DNA from: Octopus sinensis
Taxonomy: Eukaryota
Direction: 5' to 3'
NCBI RefSeq assembly: GCF_006345805.1
Contig: NC_043001.1
Location: 119,660,001-119,724,000, forward strand
Length of the DNA stretch: 64,000 nucleotides
Shown in pieces: positions 12,255 to 26,219 of the stretch. The notes beneath the pieces are model-generated. The model did no database searches. It was not told where the DNA came from and saw only the letters and a list, made by a program, of their open reading frames with translations. The stretch's first letter is position 1, and each line of letters starts with the position of its first letter. A program made the position numbers and the translations under genes.

Positions 12255-12540
12255 GAGGCGCAATGGCTCAGTGGTTAGGGCAGTAGACTTGCAGTCAGAG
12301 GATCGTGGTTTCGATTTCCAGACTGGGCATTGTGTGAAAACACCTAAAAGCTCCACGAGGCTCCGGCAGGGGGTGGTAGTGACCCCTGTTGTACTCTTTC
12401 GCCACAACTTTCTCTCACTCTCTCTTCCTGTTTCTTGAGTAATGCTGTGATGGACTGGTGTCCCATCCAGCTGGTGAGGAACACATATGCCACAGAACCG
12501 GGAAACTGGGCCCATGAGCCTGGCTAGGTTTGAAAAGGGT
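12255..12540 (+). mobile_element. tRNA-headed SINE with a V-domain-like motif
   Basis: A-box TGGCTCAGTGG and B-box GTTTCGATT. GTGATGGACTGGTGTCCCATCCAG resembles the V-SINE central motif (from recall). Confidence 0.75.
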
Positions 12541-12702
12541 GACGTTTATCATTTTACTACAATACTTATAATGTCAACCTATAAGGAGGAGATTGAAGCA
12601 GAGTTTACATTGATGTAAAAGAATGTAATCAGGAGTGAACTGAATACCATGAAGTAGTTTTGCTTGACATGGCAAATATTCCATTGCTAATATCTTCTAT
12701 TT

Positions 12703-13103
12703 TTTATCTTTTACTTGCTTCAGTCATTTGACTGTGGCCATGTTGGGGCACCACCTTGAAGGGTTTTAGTCAAACAAATCAGCACCGGAACTTAACTTTT
12801 TTAAGCCTAGTACTTACTTTATTGCGTTTTTATGCCGAATTGGTAAATTACAGTGATGTAAACACATCAACTCCGACTGTCAAGCAGTAGTGGAGGACAA
12901 ACACAGGCACACATAGATATATATATACATATATACACATATGACAAGCTTCTTTCAGTTTCCTTTTATCATATCCACTAACAAGACTTTGGTCAGCCTA
13001 AGGTTATAGTAGAAGACACTTGCTCAAGGTGCTACACACTGGGACTGAACCTGAAACCATGTGGTTAGGAAACACGTCTCTTACCACACAGCCACACCTG
13101 TAC
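12703..13103 (-). mobile_element. SINE family C (my label)
   Basis: Reverse-complement homologue of 16626-17021. Confidence 0.8.
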
Positions 13104-14289
13104 CTTTATACAGATAATTCTTAATTTCTGAACTATACTTCAATACTTCAATAGCAAAGGTTAATAAATTAGTTTTGTTTTACATTTTATGATATGAGTA
13201 ATTCATTGTATTTTTATCCAATGGTTTTCTCATCAGGAAAAAAGTTATTGTCTCTGTTGTTTGCTATTTCTCAAACTGTAAATCATAAATACCTTATATG
13301 TGGAATGTAATAATGGTGGTGCCCCAGCATGGCCACAGCTTGTGAGCTGAAACTAGATGAAATAAGAAAAATTTTTTAATCTGTGGATTCCACCTTGTTG
13401 CTTGACCATAGACTTATGATCAGGACTAATCTAAGGCTAGTCATTTGTCGGTTTCACTATGAATATAAAGTAATAGATTTTCTACAACAACTTTTATTTG
13501 CTAGTGAGAATTAATGTAACAGTTATCTATTATAAATTGCATTAAGCTTTCAAATTGTGCAGTTGAAGCAGCTCTATCATGAAAACATTATCAATACCAC
13601 CTACTTGATGTATGTGTATTGTTTAAATGCCAGAGGCTGTGGTTTTCAGTCAGGGAAAAATCCCTTTAAAGACATGTAGCTTTGTTTTATTGTTTTCCTC
13701 TTTGCTATTCAACTACATATCATGATCAGAGGCTGTTTTAAGAGGATTTAAGGTTTTAATGATGTTGATGATTTCTTACTCAAGTCAGACTTTATAGGTG
13801 AGGCATTGTAAGCAATTTAATCAAACCTTGTATGTTATAAGTCTTATTTAATAAAGACTGGAAGGGTAGGATTATCAGTGCTTGTAAAGTAATGTAATAC
13901 AAAGACACATCACTTGTAATGAAGATCACTATAATATAATTGTGGAGACTATTGTTAGGGTATTTTAACATTAAAAGGAAGGAGCATAATTTAAAATGGT
14001 AAATGCTTCAGAGTACAAGATACACTCTCAGCAAACCAAACCAATGAGCTAGTTTTAATTCCTCATTTTTGACACACTTTCAGTGCTAATGTAATTGAGA
14101 AAAGAATGTACATCAGACATTCCCATTTGCTATTTTCTATGATTTCAAGATTTTGTACCTAATATTTTAATATTGCATCAGAAATTTATAATGAGCAAGT
14201 AAATGTCCCATAGTTTAACTTCACTATTTGGAGTTAGCTTAGAGAAAACGAATACCCTGCTTAACTAAACATAGGAATAAATATTGGTT

Positions 14290-14494
14290 TAAAATTTTGG
14301 CACAAGGCCAACAAGTTTAGAGAGAAGAGAAGTCATTCACATCGACCCCAGAACTCAACTGATTCTTATTTTATCAATCCCTAAACAATGAAAGGCAATG
14401 TCAACCTCAGCAGAATTTGAACTCAGAATGTAGACTGACAAAATGCCAGTAAGTATTTTGTCCAGTGTGCCAATGATTCTGCCAGCTTGCCACC
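14290..14494 (-). mobile_element. SINE family A
   Basis: Homologous to 30459-30677. Confidence 0.75.
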
Positions 14495-15020
14495 ATGAAC
14501 ACACAAATAAATATTAAAATATGATCAATGGGACATTTAAAATGATTATGTTACTTACATACACTATCACACTTTTGAGGAGAATGTATTAGTAATCACA
14601 AAGGCTTGTTTTTAATTAAAATACAAAGTGATTAAAAGATAGAGAAAAAGGGTAATAAAATCTTTGGAAGAATATATACTCAGTTTGATATATAATAAAG
14701 GCAAGAATGTATATATCAGCTAAGCTGTGAAAGAGCATCCTTGTTGGGTAGTTTAATTTTGCTCTGTAGCCTCCTAATAAAAAGAAAATGATAATGATTT
14801 GACAGTTAAAATCAAAATTTAGGATGAATAAACAGCTGAACAACACATGTTTATATATATATATGTACAACCTGAACTTGATGATTGCAAAGTTAAAAAT
14901 TGCTATAATTTTTACCAACTTAATGAACCAAAATAGATGAGGCATTAATTGCAGTTCTTTTAAATCCTGTTCCTCTAAAGAATTATTGGTGCAAAATGCT
15001 GTTTGATATTACATCAATAC

Positions 15021-15240
15021 AAGGTGGTAAGCTAGCAGAGCAGTCAGCACACTGGGCAAAGTGCTAGGTGACATTTCATCCTGCTTTACATTCTGAATTC
15101 AAATTCTGCAGCAATCATCTTTGCCTCTCAACCTTTTGGAGTCGATAAAATATGTACCTGTCATATACTAGGGTCCATGTAATCAATTAGCCTCACTCAC
15201 CCAAAACTTCAGGTTTTGTGCCTATAGTAGAAAGGATATT
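15021..15240 (+). mobile_element. SINE family A
   Basis: AGCTAGCAGAG...GAATTCAAATTCTG...GAGTCGATAAAAT..GTACC; reverse complement of the family A copies. Confidence 0.75.
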
Positions 15241-16625
15241 ACACCAATATGCCATTTCCCCTCTCTCTCTCTCTTCATAATTATTCTTTCCTGAAATTTA
15301 CTGATATATTGACTTAAAAGAACAAATGGTTAAATCAATCACTTCAGATATAAAATTGCTAAACAGTTAACAATAATGATGCAGATCTATTATTTGTTAG
15401 TAAGCAATAATCTGATTCTAATTTTAAAACTATTGTATTAGGATTGGTCAAAAATCATCATAAAAGCTGTATAATAAGTGTGATGTCATATGATAAAGAA
15501 TACTAATAAGAGAATACAAAGAAGCTATTGTGGTTAGAAGGGAATGAAAGAAATATGAATAAACCAGCATGCATGTTTGAAAACAAGTGAAGCAAGTTGG
15601 CATTGAAGATGCTGGCTACCATATAAAAGATTGCACAAGCAATCTATACATTTAATGCAAATGGATAATTTGCTCTGAAATATACTGTAAGTTGACAATA
15701 CAGAGGAGCTAGTGTAGATATATGTAAGAAAGGCTTAGGGGGAAAAAAAAATAATCTGAATAATATGGGAACATTGAACCTTAGAGATAAGAAAATTCCA
15801 AATGAAAATACAAGGAGAAATGCTATATTGCAGAAATACCTTATCTAAATTAATATAAAACAGATATATTGCAAATATAGTCTCACTAGTTTGAAATGCT
15901 CTGCCAGAATTCTCCAGGAATAAATTTCAAAAAGATTAAACCAAACATTTAAAGTTGTTCAAAGATACTTGAAAAAAGATTTTTCTGCTAAATTAACAAA
16001 CTACTTAGGTTCTATAATATCTCTCTAGGAAATAAACTAAATTATACTTTCCCTAGTTTATCTCACTAGAAGATAATGCACCATATCTTCTGAGGAAGAC
16101 TGCTTTTGATACAATAATGTCCTATCTAGGCAAAGCTTTCCTTCTTGTCTGTTTAATGCCTAGAAACACACATGTGGTGTGAATGACTGAATACATAGCT
16201 GCAAAAAGATAATTAACAGATTGAGTATTCTTGTAGTGAGATGTTGGTTTGTTCATGTTGTGAGAATTTGGCTGGAAAGAATGCCAACCATTAGTACAAG
16301 AGTCTTTGCTAGCATAAAGAAGCATTAATTATATATCAAAAATGCTTTCTTCTTTTACCTCATTGTAACCATCATTATTATAGAATGACACATATGCTCA
16401 GATACATCCAATCATGATTTTATGTGTGTGTTTAACCTTCTAAAACTTGTAAAATCTGGTGTAGATAAATTTAATATGAATTTACTATTCTAAAATACTT
16501 CAATATCAAAAACTGGGGAGAAAGAAAAAACTGTGATTTGCTCGACTAAAAAGGGTGGTGCTCCAGCATGGCTGCATATAACATCATTTCATGTCAGCAT
16601 ACAAGTCAATTTTATAACTTTGTAC

Positions 16626-17021
16626 AGGTGCAGGAGTGGCTGTGTGGTTAGCAGCTTGCTTACCAACCACATGGTTCCGAGTTCAGTCCCACTGCATGGC
16701 ACCTTGGGCAAGTGTCTTCTACTATAGCCTCGGGCCGACCAAAGCCTTGTGAGTGGATTTGGTAGATGGAAACTGAAAGAAGCTCATCATATATATGTAT
16801 ATATATATGTGTGTGTTTGTCTGTCTGTGTTTGTCCCCTCAACCTCGCTTGACAACTGACGCTGTTGTGTTTACGTCCCCGTAACTTAATGGTTCAGCAA
16901 AAGAAACTAATAAAATAAGTATTAGGCTTACAAAGAATAAGTCCAGGGGTTGACTTGCTTGACTAAAAAGGTGGTGCTCCAGCATGGCCACCGTCAAATG
17001 ACTGAAACAAGTAAAAGAGTA
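16626..17021 (+). mobile_element. SINE family C, near full length
   Basis: tRNA-like head GTGGCTGTGTGG...GAGTTCAGTCCC, then CACCTTGGGCAAGTGTCTT, an internal (TA)(TG) tract and the tail GACTGAAACAAGTAAAAGAG. Further copies at 56051-56570 and 55560-55710. Confidence 0.85.
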
Positions 17022-19751
17022 TCTCTCTCTAAGTAACCTACATTTTATTTTCCAGTACATCTTATCTATACTATTATTTTAATGACTGCTACTTACATCA
17101 ACTAAAGATCAGAAAAAGAAAAAAATTAACAGAATAATCATGAAATCCAAAGCTAGACACTTTTCTGTGTTTTATTCCATCAGTCTATTGCTTGTTACAT
17201 TATGATATAAATTTATATATGATAGCTAATTTCTTTCATTATATTGCAACTAATTAGTAATCAATAATGGCAAATTAATGATAGGATTTAAAATTTCAAT
17301 TGAGTATATACATTTTAAAGTGTATAACGAAATACACTAACAAAGCAAATAATGTTAAAGAATTGAGTTTTATTTAAATGTTTGTTTAGATTCTATATAA
17401 TGAGCACTGTAGAGCAAGAAGTAAGTTAATTGTGAGTCAAATCCATAAGATGATCTTAAAAAGCTGGCCCTTGGAAAAAGGTGCCAATATCACAAGCTCT
17501 CATTTCTTGTTTCAGTTTTCAAGTAAAATCATGCTAAGTTTCTTCCATTGCTAAAGCACTTAAGAAGGCTTGTATGGCATGCAACCTTATTTCCCCTTGA
17601 CATCTGATTAAGTGAAATAAACGTGTTATTTTAGATAAGGTAAAGTTCAGGTTCCATGAAAACTGATGAGGTAAATGATGTTGGCAATGATTAATCAAAA
17701 GAAGAGTTTGGAGAATATCAGTAAGTCTGATTACCATACTGAGTAGAAAGTCTGTTGTTTTGGGTTCTTGCTCTTCAGTAGAGAGAAGAAAAAGATGAAG
17801 ATATTATTGGCTTTGATGTCAATGACCAGCATCAAATTGCCATCTACTCTCAGTTTATTGCTTTTTTATTCCTTCTCAACCCACACCCCTTTATTTCACA
17901 TATTCTCTCACTCTTGTTGCACTTTTCATTTCCATTGTTGTAGACACTCAACTCTTTTAAAATGATTAATCTTTATTGGAATGATATTTCTAATAAAAAT
18001 ACTTACATAACTATGGCGTGGCTTTATTTCTTTATGGATGCATTATCACTTCATTTCTGCCTCTAGGATATCATACATAGTGCATGTATTTTGTGAAAGA
18101 TATATGCATCCCAAAATCCAATCGAATCTACCTTAACAATATAGGATTTTGATACTAGTCAAAAGAAACATTTTTCATTCTTGATGCTACTGTAAAATAT
18201 TTCTAACTTTCTACACCAAAATAACTTTCTCTACTTCTATAATCAAGAACTTTACAAGTTTCTCTCTGTTATAACAAGAAATGAAAAGTATATCAAAAGC
18301 ATTCCTTCCATTGATACAAATATCATGTAATGATTAATAACATAACTAACCAATAATGAAATATGGAAAAATTCATTTGGTAGACACATTCAGTACAACT
18401 TGTGCAATATTACTATGTATTCAGTAGATATTGCTAGTATACATCAATTATTTGATGCATTATTTTAAAGAATAAAGACACAGCCTGACAACCAGTGTTC
18501 AATAACTGAATGCATTGCTAAAGTCTTTGTTTAGCAATCGCTGATGCAGAATGTTCTAAACTACCAGCTCATTAGACAAGTCATTATAGGAATTCTTCTA
18601 AACAGATGTTCTTGTTGCAGATCTCTTGATCAATGTATAAAGTTGAAATGCTGGACTTGTTGCACATAAAAAGAAATAGATAAATAATTGATATATATAT
18701 AATGCAGAAGCCAATTTATTCTACTGTTCTACAAACTATAACAGTTGTAATGATAGAGAATTTGTTATTTTTCTTGGATAGCTGGTGGAAATAGGATATA
18801 TAGATTTTTTCAAAATACTTTAATAGTAATTTTATTCAATCTCATGTGAATGCCATACACTAAATGGTAAATTATCAGCATATTAAACTTTTGACCTGCT
18901 TTCAATTTCTGGTACAGTCAATTATACATTAGTTCCGCTCTACCTTAGTATCCAACCAGTGTCACTAGTATGGAGACAGGTGACAGCATCAGGCTAACGT
19001 ACATTTACACATGACACATTATGAGAAGAGAAAGTTTACATTGGTGAACCGAAAATCTAATCAGTGGATACTTTTATTAACTATTTCAATGTGGATTTAA
19101 TGGTTTACATTTTGCTATTTATACATGTGTGGCACTGAAGAATTTCTTTCTTAATGCTAATCACAGTGAGTTTGTTATCATTGCTACTGTTACTGTATAA
19201 CTTTCATCAGCTTTGTTCAAACAGACCAATTACTCATTTGCAAATGTTTTCAAATGAGCCAAGTATGTTGTAAGTCTCTAACTACACTCTACATTTCACC
19301 ATGCAATTACTAATTGCTTAGGTTACAATATGGCAATCAATTTGTCAGTTTAGACTGTCCATTTTTCCATTCAGACTATTTGTATAGAAATAAAATGGAG
19401 AACCATAGTTCAATCAGTTGGTGAATCATATTCCTGGTGCTATGGGATTTACTTGAGGTGAATTTAGTTAGTTGATGAGTCATTTTCTTAATTCTCCAAG
19501 ATTGACTTAAGGTGAATCCAGATTTGGTGTCACTATTTTGCTGTGTATATACATTTTATGTTTATCAAATTCAGGTAGAAAATAGTGTTAGAACATCATT
19601 CTTGAATGTTGCTGATGTGTTTAAGCTTTGTCTACAGTTAAACATGTAGTTACCGGGCTATCAGAGCTACAAACTGAAGCAATACACTGGATTTTCCACA
19701 GAAATACTCAACCGTTCATACTGAATATTTCTGAATATCTATACAAGTAGT

Positions 19752-20108
19752 TTAGTTTTGGGATTTGGTTTGCAAGATTCTTTATGTGAGTTCGTGTGCT
19801 GAAGCATATTCTGTTGTGTCTAGGGAGAGTCATTTTCTTTTTGCGCCTTATGATTTAACACACTCACCAGTAAAATTTCCACTTATTTCTTATTTTTTAT
19901 TTTTATTTTCCTAAAATGTTTGTAGCGTCTTGCAACCTTTTCAATAGTATTTTAATAGTCAAGACTATTAAAAAGGTTGCAAGATGCAATGAAAATTTTA
20001 GGAAAATAAAAATAAAAAATAAGAAATAAGTGGAAATTTTACCAGTGAGTGTGTTAAATCATAAGGCATAAAAACAAAATGACTCTCCCCAGACACAACA
20101 GAATATGC
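19752..20108. mobile_element. Fold-back element (~145-bp inverted arms) flanked by an 8-bp TSD
   Basis: Arms 19804-19948 and 19964-20108. CAAGTAGT at 19744-19751 and 20108-20115. Homologous to 25982-26219. Confidence 0.85.
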
Positions 20109-21553
20109 AAGTAGTCCTTGTTGGGAATACAAATATTGACTCTAATGATTTATAGAATGAAGTCTGTGTATTACTTGTTCTCAGTGAAAAGCTCTGAAGC
20201 AATTTTCCCCTCTACCAATCTAAGCAGTTTGCTACTAAATACAGAATTCTGTTGGAATCCACTGTAGTTTATTAACAGCATTATAAGTTATGATTATTCA
20301 AGGGGTAAATATATTGACACTTCATTTCAAGTAAACAATATTTCATTCTATAGTTAGCATTTTGTTGTATCGTTAGATGAAATATTTAATTCAATTTGCT
20401 CTATTTCAAACTACATGGTTTGAAATTAGATGCTAGCGCCAACTCTATTAACTTTTAATAGTTCCAGAGAGATAATTTCTATCAAATACTAAAATGGCAT
20501 ACTAGAGAGGGGAGGAACTTCTAAACTAGCTAAGTGTTAAAGATGAAATTAGATATTATCTTAAGAAAGATGAAGCTGGCTATGTTGTCTTGAGATTGAA
20601 ATTAGATATCAAAGTAACCAGAGCTGGATAAAATCTTTCATTTTAAAAACAATTTAAACAAACAAAAGATAAAAGAAACTATGTTGGACAGGTTTATTGG
20701 GGATGAGGTTTTCACAAACAATGATAAAATAACCAATTCATTACTAAAAAAGGCATTTTGAAGTTAGTAAAGCAGATAGATACATTGCAACAGGAACCAC
20801 TCTGATGCTACAATACTTTAAATCCTATAATAATTCACAGAGTATTTTAAAATCCTGTTTTTTTAATCTTATTTTGTTTTCTAATAGTTCACTTTATCAT
20901 GGTAAATCCCCATTAGAGTTAACCTGATCCTTAGTGTTCATCATCACAAGTATATGTCACACAGATAATGGACTCTAATTCATTAATCACTTTATTAATG
21001 ATATTCATGAAAGGAGATTCTCATACAGTAAATTACTGTAGATGAGATTATATAAATTTGATTTTCTTACATTTTAACATGATTGTTCTCATTTATTTTT
21101 CCCACAACCATTTTAAGTTTTCATGAAGCAGCTAAAGTTATTTGTGTGCATGTTATCATAAAGAAAAGATTTGTAATGAGAATATGAATGTGTCAGTTGA
21201 CTTATAATTCTTAAGATTTTAGTCCCTTGCTGGCATTTTTTGTGACATTGGGCATGCTACCAAATTCACCTATCCTACCTCAATCATTCTAGTTGATTAA
21301 ATTTTTTACAAATGGCTAGATAATCCATAGTTACAAAATCGATCTCATATCCTACTTGTTTCATTTTTTTAATGAGATTGAGAAAAGAAATGGTGGTTTC
21401 TTTAACTAGATTTAAAATGGACCCTTAGAATTAAAAATCTTGCTTCATAACTGGTCGTAGGAAATAAAGTTTCAATTAATATGAAATTAATCTGTCATAA
21501 ACAGCAGAAGTTGAAGGAATAACAGCCCTTTTTTTTTTCTTATTCCTTTCCAG

Positions 21554-21668
21554 AATATACCGGGTATTAGGGCCGTCAGCGGTGGTCTGCTCCATTGGCC
21601 TCCTTTTTGCTGCCTCTTTCTACTGTTACTGTTACTTGTCTGTTGATTCGAGGCTGAAAAGGAAGAAG
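21554..21668 (+). CDS. Candidate internal exon encoding a transmembrane helix and basic stop-transfer segment
   Basis: Strong pyrimidine tract ...TTTTCTTATTCCTTTCCAG| and donor AAG|GTAAGT. The only frame open end to end (1 nt + 38 codons) reads IYRVLGPSAVVCSIGLLFAASFYCYCYLSVDSRLKRKK. GC content is above the flanks. Confidence 0.7.
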
Positions 21669-22338
21669 GTAAGTAAAGCTTTTTTTTCTAATGTAAAACC
21701 ACTGAGATTGATTAAATTATTTCTTTTACCAAAATCACACTCCCAACTACAACAACAACTAATACAACATTGCTATTCTTGTCAAAATCACTAATGGATT
21801 TTACCATTAAAGCTAATATTGATGCTTTACAAGTGAAGAGCTAGAAGAATTCTTCCAGCAGCTGTGGACATGAAAGAGTTAGCACAATGACAATAGGATT
21901 TACAGTTTAGTGATGTATAATAGTCATTACTTAATGCTGCCAGCAGCAGCTGTAGACATGAAAGAAATAACTTATTAATGACAACAATGGAAGACTATTA
22001 TGATAGCTCCCAGTATGTTAGAAAAAAAGATAACTGAATTTCATAGCTTAGGGTGTCATGTACAGGTTCTGCTTTCAATGTTGTTCTTTATCCACAATCA
22101 TTTATAAAAAAAAAAAATCCTGTTAGAGTCAGATACGTCTTTATTAAGAAATAATGGGGTAACTTACTACCACAGTTTTAAAAAAATTGCAAATATAAAC
22201 GCATTTGAGAAAATGTTGTGATCAATTCAGAGTAGTAAATATATAATTTCAGTTACATACCATATCTAATAATAGGGATATAAGTAACTGTGGCTTTTTT
22301 GTACACCTGTGTGTTACATGGATCTATCTATCTATCTA

Positions 22339-22379
<41 letters not shown>

Positions 22380-22393
22380 GTATGTGTGTGTGT

Positions 22394-22445
<52 letters not shown>

Positions 22446-22479
22446 CTGCTATCTTGTATATGAGCAAAGCCATTGCTAG

Positions 22480-22770
22480 AAAGAACCATTGAAACAAGTC
22501 ACTGATAATGCAATGTGAGGCCCTTGTATGACTCTCGAGCCTGGCCAAAGATTTGCGCAATCTGTTGCATAATGCACACCTGTACTAGCTGGCAGAGGGG
22601 ACAGGTGCCACAGTATGAAGTCTTTTGACATGCCTTCTCAATCCTCCAACTGAAAGGCACACCTTTCCACAGGTTGCACATGTTCTGTTGTGAACAATAA
22701 CCTCATCACAATTTACAAGGGGTTGATTCCCCTGAGTTCCCTGATGGCTGACCAGGCCTGCATCACTCAA
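22480..22770 (-). mobile_element. 3' end of an RTE-clade LINE with C2H2-like fingers
   Basis: CATCGKVCLSVGGLRRH followed by C..C...RKSLARLESH. A (CTA)n tract lies just downstream at 22395-22445. Confidence 0.6.
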
Positions 22771-23479
22771 GCATTTCCTTATATATATATATATACGTGT
22801 GCGTGTCACAAGAAAAAGAGATGACACAAGAAAAACAATGGTTATGTTATGAATTTCATTTGCTTACAGCTGTTTCTGTTACAAGATGCAGTGAACTCGT
22901 AGCTGAGTGCCTGAATAACATCCTATTACTTCATTGGACCCTCGAATATGAAATGCAATTTATTTGTAAAAAAGGAATTACATTTGTACAATATACAGGG
23001 AAAGGATTATTAGTGAGGAAGTCATTACTGATGTATATAAAAAAAAGGTATATGGCCAAAAGGTAATTAGATTTGCTAGCAGAAAAAGTAGAGACATACA
23101 CATATGCATATATATATATATATATAAAGACATTCACACACATACACATATGAAATGCATTTTCACTGACATACATATACACACAGGGAAAAAAAGAGAA
23201 AATAGATGGGTACAGAGGCCAACCCATACACACACACACACACACAGATCTATTCATGCACACAGACACACACACACACACACACACAGACAGATACATA
23301 CACACATGCATACACACACATACACATTATAGGTAAGTACACAGACATATATATAAATTACACACAGAGATAGAGACATCCAGAGATAAAACACTCACAG
23401 AGATTCTGATAGACTTATATGCATTAACATACAGATTAGTGAATAGAGAACAAAAGGTTTTAGTGACCTTATACACTCC

Positions 23480-23682
23480 TGAAGCTATAGGATGTTATTC
23501 AGGCACTATGATGAAAAAGGGGCTGAGAACTGATCCTTGATGAACTCCTACTTGTACCCTGAATTCATCACTATACTCATTGCTAACCTTTGCCTTACTG
23601 ACAGCATCCCTGTTCATTGCTTGTACAGCTCTCACCAACCACTCATCTGTCCCTAGCTTCTGCATTGACCACCAGATAAGGA
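23480..23682 (-). mobile_element. RTE LINE RT fragment
   Basis: Minus strand reads WWSMQKLGTDEWLVRAVQAM...FRVQVGVHQGSVLSP. Confidence 0.8.
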
Positions 23683-23719
23683 AGTGGGGGAAAATTTAAC
23701 TTCATTTCAAACAACCTGT

Positions 23720-25080
23720 GACTACAAACTCTCTAGCATCTAGGGATTTTCTTTGGGTTGTCCTTAAAAAGCTAAGTGTTCCCAAAAAGATACTCAATGT
23801 CATCACTTATTTCCATCAAGGGTTGATGGCTTCTGTCAGATCTAGCAGGGAAGTGTCTGATTCATTCACAGTCTCAAATGGGGCAAAACAAGGCTGTGTT
23901 CTTGCAACACTCTTATTTGCTTTGTATTTCTCCGTCATGTTGGAAGCAGCCTTCGAGGGTGTTAAAGAAAGAGTAAAGTTTGAGTACAGAACTGGCGGCA
24001 GCTTGTTCAACCAACCGTGCTTCAAAGCAAAAGCTTAGACTTTGGTGCCAACAGTTCAAGACTTGCTCTTTGCAGATGATTGTGCTCTTACAGCACACAC
24101 TCTCGAGGACATGCAATGGATTCTAAATAACTTCTCATGTGCATTGGAAGCTTTTGGTCTAACTATCAACATCAACAAAACAGAGCTTGTCCATCAGTCC
24201 ATCCGTGGCTGTCTTCCCACTGTTGCTTCTACCGTATACGATGATGGGAAAGAACTAAAAACTATTTCCTCCTTCACTTATCTAGGTTCCATTGTTTTCA
24301 ATGATGCTAAGATGGTTAAAGAAATTGAGTCAAGAATTGGGAAGGCTAGTTCCACTTTCAGTAAGCTTTATCACAGGCTTTTGAACAGCCATGGCATATC
24401 GTTGAAGGTGAAATTTGATGTATATTAGTTGGTGGTCTTGACAACATTGCTTTATGGTGTTGAATCCCGGACTTTGGATGCAAAGCAAATCAACCAGCTT
24501 GATACTTTTCATATGTGATGCTTGTGTACTATCTCCAATATAAAACTGAGTGACCTTATTCATAATAGTGAGGTACTAAGAAAATACAACATATGAGATA
24601 TTGAAGCCATTCACATCAAAATACAGCTTAGATGGTCAGGTCATCTCTCACATATGAGTGATATTAGAATTCTGAAGCAACTTCTTTTTGGCCTATTCAC
24701 AACAACAGGAGGGTCAGTTGGAAGGCCACTCTTGCACTTCAAAGACAAACAAAAGACAATCTGAAGTGGTGCAACATTCTCTTTTGTTTCTGAGAAAATA
24801 AAGCATCAAAACACAGGACCTGGTGCCAGTCCTGCTTCTCCTTAGTTCAAAGATTTGAGCAAAGTTGGCTCCAACATTGTGACCAACTTTGTGCAAGCAT
24901 GAGGGCACACTGGAAAAACACTGCTCCTCTAAATGGAAACCTTACCTGTCATTATCGTTTTGTAGCACAATGCACAGCAGGGCTTACCATCCACCCAAGA
25001 AAACATATAGCGAATAATCCACAAGCACTTGAGCAAATTAAGTCATCAACTTTTTCCATTTGCTAAAAGGTTTCCAAGGC
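23720..25080 (+). mobile_element. Decayed RTE (BovB-like) LINE, RT through C-terminus
   Basis: NGAKQGCVLATLLFALYF, DLLFADDCAL, FGLTININKTE, FTYLGS and QLRWSGH are present, with several stops. Confidence 0.9.
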
Positions 25081-25158
25081 ACCAGCAGGCCTCAAGAACA
25101 TGATTAATGCTTTATTTTATTGAACCCTCATTTGTTGTTCATGACAAGAGAATCCATC

Positions 25159-25205
<47 letters not shown>

Positions 25206-25216
25206 TATACACATAC

Positions 25217-25248
<32 letters not shown>

Positions 25249-25356
25249 ACGTACTTACATACACATACATATATACACACACACTTACATATATATACAC
25301 ACACACACACATACACCATATGCACACACACTCACACACACACACACACACACACA

Positions 25357-25414
25357 CATAATATCAGAAACCTAGGAGTAATTGTTGACAACAATCTCAG
25401 CTGGAGTGCCCACA
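25357..25414 (+). mobile_element. 58-bp CR1 fragment
   Basis: Reads [19 protein letters not shown], homologous to the CR1 copy at ~6005-6065. Confidence 0.7.
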
Positions 25415-25760
25415 GCTGGGATATGTAACGCACTACCTAAATACCAATCTTGAGAAATTAGGCATCTCAAAACCAGAACAAAGAAAGCTAATTCGAAGAC
25501 TGCAGATCCAATTCATCACTGGAACTGTAAAAACCTGAAAAGCTTTCCAGAAGTTTATCATTTAAATATATATGAGCATGTCTAGATATGCAACTATATG
25601 CATGAGAATACCTACTTAAAACATACAAATCTGTACATACATACAGACAAACAAAAATACCCTGTTGTTGATGTTAAAATTCCATTGAAGAAGCCTTGGA
25701 TCTAGGTTAGAAACTGGTTCTTTCTCTATTGGCAAGAAATCTTAAAATAAACTGAATAAT
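25415..25760 (+). mobile_element. 3' end of a non-LTR element, probably restriction-like-endonuclease type
   Basis: GYVTHYLNTNLEKLGISKPEQRKLIRRLQIQFITGTVKT resembles RLE-element C-termini and is followed by UTR-like sequence. Confidence 0.45.
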
Positions 25761-25981
25761 AACATTCATACATTTATACATACATATGTATGCATGTATG
25801 TATTGACCATGCATTTACATATAACTCACTGCATCTCATTGTAATGCAGTGCAAAAAGTAAAATAGAAAAATACTTGTTGAAAGTACCATCATTTTATGT
25901 AGAATTCAACAAGAATAATTATGAATACTCTACTAATAACAAAATACAAACCTAAATTAAACACAGAAATATAACATAAAT

Positions 25982-26219
25982 TTCGTTTTGAGATTTGGTT
26001 TGCAGGATTCTTTATATGAGTTCGTGTGTTGAAGCATATTCTGTTGTGTCTGGGGAGAGTCATTTTCTTTTTGTGCCTTATAATGTAGGACACTATTGAA
26101 AAGGTTGCAAGAAGCAACAAAAAGTTTAGGAAAGTAAAAATAAGTTGAAATTTTACCGGTGATGTGTTACATTATAAGGCACAAAAAGAAAATGACTCTC
26201 CCCAGACACAACAGAATAT
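25982..26219. mobile_element. Second copy of the fold-back family, inner left arm deleted, 14-bp TSD
   Basis: Arms 26036-26087 and 26168-26219. AATATAACATAAAT at 25968-25981 and 26215-26228. Confidence 0.8.

Noticed and set aside
17534-17965. Possible exons or an LRR-like ORF (REEKDEDIIGFDVNDQHQIAIYSQ)
   Set aside because: There is no matching donor and acceptor pair with an open frame, and no recognisable motif.
22585-22827. Host C2H2 zinc-finger gene
   Set aside because: There is no TGEKP linker or splice context. The isolated degenerate fingers before a trinucleotide tail fit an RTE C-terminus.
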